Positions 59,716 through 64,000 of a DNA stretch of 64,000 nucleotides are shown one piece after another. The stretch comes from Fimicolochytrium jonesii. Taxonomy: Eukaryota. The stretch lies in contig NW_026515671.1 in NCBI RefSeq assembly GCF_025526975.1, positions 496,001 through 560,000 of the forward strand, written 5' to 3'. Below the pieces are notes generated by a model. It was given only the letters and a program-made list of their open reading frames with translations, made no database searches and was not told the DNA's origin. How positions within the stretch are numbered: position 1 is the first letter of the stretch; every line of letters starts with the position of its first letter. A program made the position numbers and the translations under genes.

Positions 59716-60366
59716 GTTTGCAGTAGGTAGAATTGAAAACTTTATTCACCCAGCGATATACGAAAGCCAATGAAGAAACTTGTGGGAAGCGCCGTTGAAT
59801 CGGTGGGATCGATAGGGAGGGGGGTTGCAGAGGGGGCCGGTATTTATAGGACTTTTGGTGGATCAGGCAAAAAGTATAAAAGCGGGGCGGTACGTTCGAG
59901 GGCCCCCGTCATCCTTTCCCAGTCCGCTGCCCCCGCAATTCCGGTTTCCGCGCAGCCTCCTCCCAACTGCTCAACTCGGGAATTTCCTCCCACACCGACG
60001 AAACAAGGCATACCAGTCGCATTCGCTGCACTGCCTTTCGCGGTCCGTCGCTCGATAGGGCTTTGAAGGTCTATTTCTGAGGCATATTGCTCCTGAATGG
60101 TGTCGACCCTGAGGTCCTTTTCCAACCTCGGCAAGCTTTCTTGTTTCCCTAGACCTCGCCTTGACACTAGACTTGGCAGCACCTTAACAGCCGTCAGGCC
60201 CTCCCTGAACCTCAAACGTGTAAGGCTACTTGTGAAACTCGGCAACGAGAAGTTGGGAAAGCTTTCTGAAGATCGGCACACTTGTTCTTAGATACGACGT
60301 CGGATGGGTGTTCAGGTCAGACTTTCCGACTTGGGGACGGACCCGCAAACAGAAGAGGCCGTCACC

Positions 60367-61609
60367 ATGTCGAAAGAAAACGACACCAAGTCCAATTCGG
60401 CATTACCGTTGGACTATCGGGGCAAACTTATCCTTGCGCCAATGGTTCGTGTGGGCACAATGACCATGCGACTGCTAGCGTTGAAGTACGGCGCTGATAT
60501 TGTGTATAGTCCTGAAACGGTCGACAAGCGGTTGATCAAGTCCAAACGGGTAGTCAATGAACTCCTAGGAACAATCGACTATATCGAGCAGGATGCAAAG
60601 ACCTTGACCTTGCGCTTTCATCCTTCGGAGCTTAGCCGACTCGTTGTGCAACTGGGCACGGGCGATCCTGAACTAGCAGTGCAGGCCGCCAAGGTGGTCG
60701 CTGGCGATGTCGCCGGAATAGATCTTAACTGTGGATGCCCGAAACGTTTTTCGCTCGTATCGAGCATGGGCGCTGCATTATTGTCCGATCCTGATCGATT
60801 GATTGCAATTCTTGAACGATTAAAAGCAGAGTTGACCATTCCTGTCACTTGCAAAATCCGTCTACTGCCTGCGACCGATACGGAAACGTCCTTGGAGCGA
60901 ACCGCTGCGTTGATGCGTCGCATAGAAGCTACTGGTGTCAGCGCAATCGGCGTGCATTGTAGATTCCAAGACGAGAAGCCGTCAGATCCAGGACATTGGG
61001 AATACTTCGATGAACTGGCGAAGGTGGTCAGCATACCGGTTATTGCGAATGGAGATGTCTTTAGCATGGAAGACATGCGGAAGCTGACCCGTTCAAGTGG
61101 TAGGTTTTGCGTGCTCTTTCCTCATATACATCGTTCTGTTTCCTGACCGTCGTGTCCACCTGGTAGGCATCACATCTTTCATGTTGGCACGAGCGCCACA
61201 ATACAACGTGTCAGTTTTCCGGCCAGAAGGTCTCCTTCCAATTCAAGAAGTAATGGCAGAATACTTCCGAACAGCCATCGACTACGACATGCCGTATCAC
61301 AACGCCAAATACTGCCTGCTTCTCATGTGGCCCGGCGCTCTTGGAAAGGAGTTCCGCGAAACTATGGCAAGAACGAAGTCATACGAGGGAATGGCTGAAC
61401 TGCTAGGATTACAAGAGTACCTGGTCAAAGTGCGGCAAGAACGCGAACAGAAAGCGGCGATCTTGCGGGAAAAAGGGCTGACGGAGAAGGGCCAGACGGA
61501 ACAATCGCATGCGAAGGTCGACGCGGCACTGGGACCGGATTGCCCGTACATCCCAGATGCACCTGACTACGAAACGGTCATGAAAGTGGCTTACACCGTA
61601 GCTCAATGA
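60367..61609 (+). CDS. DUS2: tRNA-dihydrouridine(20) synthase DUS2/SMM1-like; intron 61100-61166 (alternative upstream ATG at 60304)
   Basis: YRGKLILAPMVRVG, GADIVYSPETVD, VQLGT, IDLNCGCPK, VTCKIRL, IGVHCR, VIANGD. Confidence 0.88.
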
Positions 61610-62015
61610 GCCGCGAGGAGAGGCCGGCTGGGAGACTTCGGGAATACCTGCAGAAGAAGAGGCCTGGCTGCCGTACCATTGGCCCATAGCGTCAACATTT
61701 TTGGAGAAGGGCACCACGACGCTGAAGAAGCTCGGCCGAGTGGATTAGAACAACGTGCGCAACAAGACTTGCCGCGTTACCTTCGATACTGTCACATTAG
61801 ATGGGAAACACGCGTCTGTCGCTCTTGGAGTCCAAGGCTCATTAGGATGTGGACAGGCAACTTTTTTTTCCCACGATAAAGTCTTCGATGTGGCAAATGG
61901 CCTGAGGAATTTACACACTACGGAGTATCTCGATGAAACTAGCTTTAGACTATAGAGTAGGCAACACCCAACAATTTTGTAACATGGAATTGTAATTTAT
62001 ATTTCTATCAATGTA

Positions 62016-63780
62016 TCAGAGCCAAAAAATGAACCTTAAAGCGCACCAGATCCGTAGGTGGGGTATATACGTGGATGCACAGTAGGGTTTTCCAAAAGTG
62101 ACCGCCGCTCCTCGGGCAGTCTTTCCTCCTCCGCTCCTTGCCAGGTCTTTCGAACGATCGGCAGCCAACAGCCGCTCCTCTTCGGCTATCAAAACATGCT
62201 CAGCCAATTCTTCGCCATGCAAAACTGCCCCGCAAGCTCTTCATAAGCCTTAAACTCTTCCAGCCGCGGTCAGCAGCCTTCCTTCTTGGGTCCTACTTCT
62301 TCCGCTGCCCGATAATCTTCACCGCCCGTCGTACTGGGAAATATTCAGAAGTCAAGATCCAGTGGATCACCATCCGAGTCGTCATCCTCTCCTCCGAATG
62401 GCTTCGTGGCCGCGGCGAAAATATCGTCTTTGTGTTCGTCGCCATCGGGAATGAAGTTGAAAGGTAACACATGCTCTGGTGTCTTTTCTTCTTTGATATG
62501 ACCACCAAGGGTAAAGAGTAAGTGAGCAATCCGTATGCCGTGACGAAAACGCATTTGTGCATTGGGGAGGTACCTTTTGCTTCCGGGGTGGTCTGCCGAC
62601 CAAGGCCATGGCCTTGCTGAAAGAGCAAGCTCATCCTCATGTGATGCTCCTGTGGAATCGGTGGCTCGTGACCACGACCAAGGACAGGTGCTTCCATTGT
62701 GAACTTCGAGAGGCGAATGGCATATGAGGTGAGATCTTCCACGTTCAGACGTTCTGCAGCAGGATTTGTGAATTAGCAATGAAGACCATTTTAGAAGTCA
62801 GGCTGCTTGAGCACCTTGGGAGAATCTTACCTGCGGCAGCTGCTTTCGCCTGTTTCAGTGCCGGCCTAGCTTCGTCGAGTAGATCAGCGCCTTCCCGTCT
62901 TTTTCGTCCAATCAATCGACAGAGCTCCGCAGTGCCGGCCCGTATATCTAACAATTGCATGTTTGCTTCGTCCACTTCGTCCTGCAACTTTTGCTGTGCA
63001 GTCACTAGGTAACAAAGGAACAGGATCAGATATCCTTCCGCTGATCCAACGCCAACGATCTACGAGAAACTCACAACGTGCAACAAATGCATCCTTCTCA
63101 GCACCTAATGCAAGGAGTTTTCGCAATGTTTTGGTGGGGTGCTCTAGTATCGGCTTACTGGCCCCTGACTCTGTCGAAGACCGGGCCTCCTGCCTTCTGT
63201 CCCTCCTCTCAGTGCACCCAGGAGCCAATCCCTCAAACCCGGCAAATAGCTCGTTCGTTAATCTCAGATACTCCGGGAAAATCCTATACTATGGATGTCA
63301 GATGATGATGCACCATAGTTTCGCACCCGCAGCGCCCAGTCCCCACCTATTTGCAGCATCCAAAACTGAAGTGTCTCCCTTGCGTTCCTTCCTTCTTCGT
63401 TTGATAACCTTCCCCGCTTCCGCCACGCTTTCATTGTTCATCGCCAGCCCATCCTTGGCCCCTGCCGCATCATCAGATGCGTCCTCCTCTCGTGGTCGTT
63501 TTGTTCTTGCAGTGCCCTCACTCCCCGCTGGCGACGAGGTTTGAACAGTCAAGTCGCTGCTACTGCTCTGCAGCGTTGAGAGGAGTTCCGTGCTAGAATC
63601 CGGGATTTTCGATGCCGTGTCTGTGCCCTCAGTACCGGTAAGTGAGGTTTGACTGTCCCGGGCTAGAATCTGACTTGCAGTGTGGTCAGGATATGCTTGT
63701 GGTTGCGCTTTCAAGGCGGTCTTCAGTGCCGCGACATTAGGGGTGTGTGGTGGTGGTGAGACCTTGACCAGAGGTCCCAT
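62016..63780 (-). pseudogene. Hypothetical multi-exon gene whose 3' part appears degraded
   Basis: Chain of collinear protein-like minus-strand ORFs (63298-63780, 62884-63228, 62745-63005, 62345-62779, 62016-62222) with intron-like gaps; stops and frame changes below 62345. No family recognised. Confidence 0.4.
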
Positions 63781-64000
63781 GTTTGTACAGTTATTTCGTG
63801 AGTATTTCTGGAGACGATATCTATGCTTTCATCGATTTGCGTTTCTGGATGCTCAAAATGAGAAGATGCGTGAGGTATGGAGTTTGCGAAAACCGTACGA
63901 TGAAGTTAAAACAAGCTTCGCAGGACCGAGAGAACTCTCCGCATGGTGAACGCTGGTCAACGCGCTGTCAACGCGTCTCCCGGTCAGATAAACCGCGAGA

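Overview
Gene-dense eukaryotic DNA with short GT-AG spliceosomal introns and CTAAC/CTGAC-type branch points. It is fungal, and probably a zoosporic (chytrid-type) fungus; this is inferred from an LKAAEAR-like gene together with fungal gene families. Most of the window is housekeeping: CHTOP/FoP, VPS26, mitochondrial uS13, prolidase, aldo-keto reductase, SPB4, YPI1, RSAD1/HemW, SERINC, SMC1, RPL3, a Bud4/anillin-like PH protein, RAD3/XPD, TFIIA large subunit and DUS2. The main unusual features are: (1) an island at about 1.3-4.5 kb holding a Tc1/mariner remnant, an intron-containing PemK/MazF-like gene frameshifted by a 152-bp TA-flanked MITE, and a convergent, frame-split ADP-ribosyltransferase-like (DUF3990-like) gene. 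That gene has tandem palindromes upstream and is divergent from a large triple-dsRBD/RGG protein. (2) A UBZ+UIM+DUF3626 protein next to an LRR gene. (3) A Mutator-type MITE carrying TTAGGG boxes in the SMC1/RPL3 divergent promoter. (4) A long hairpin in RPL3 intron 1. All family calls come from motif recognition by eye, with no database search; exon boundaries were inferred manually.
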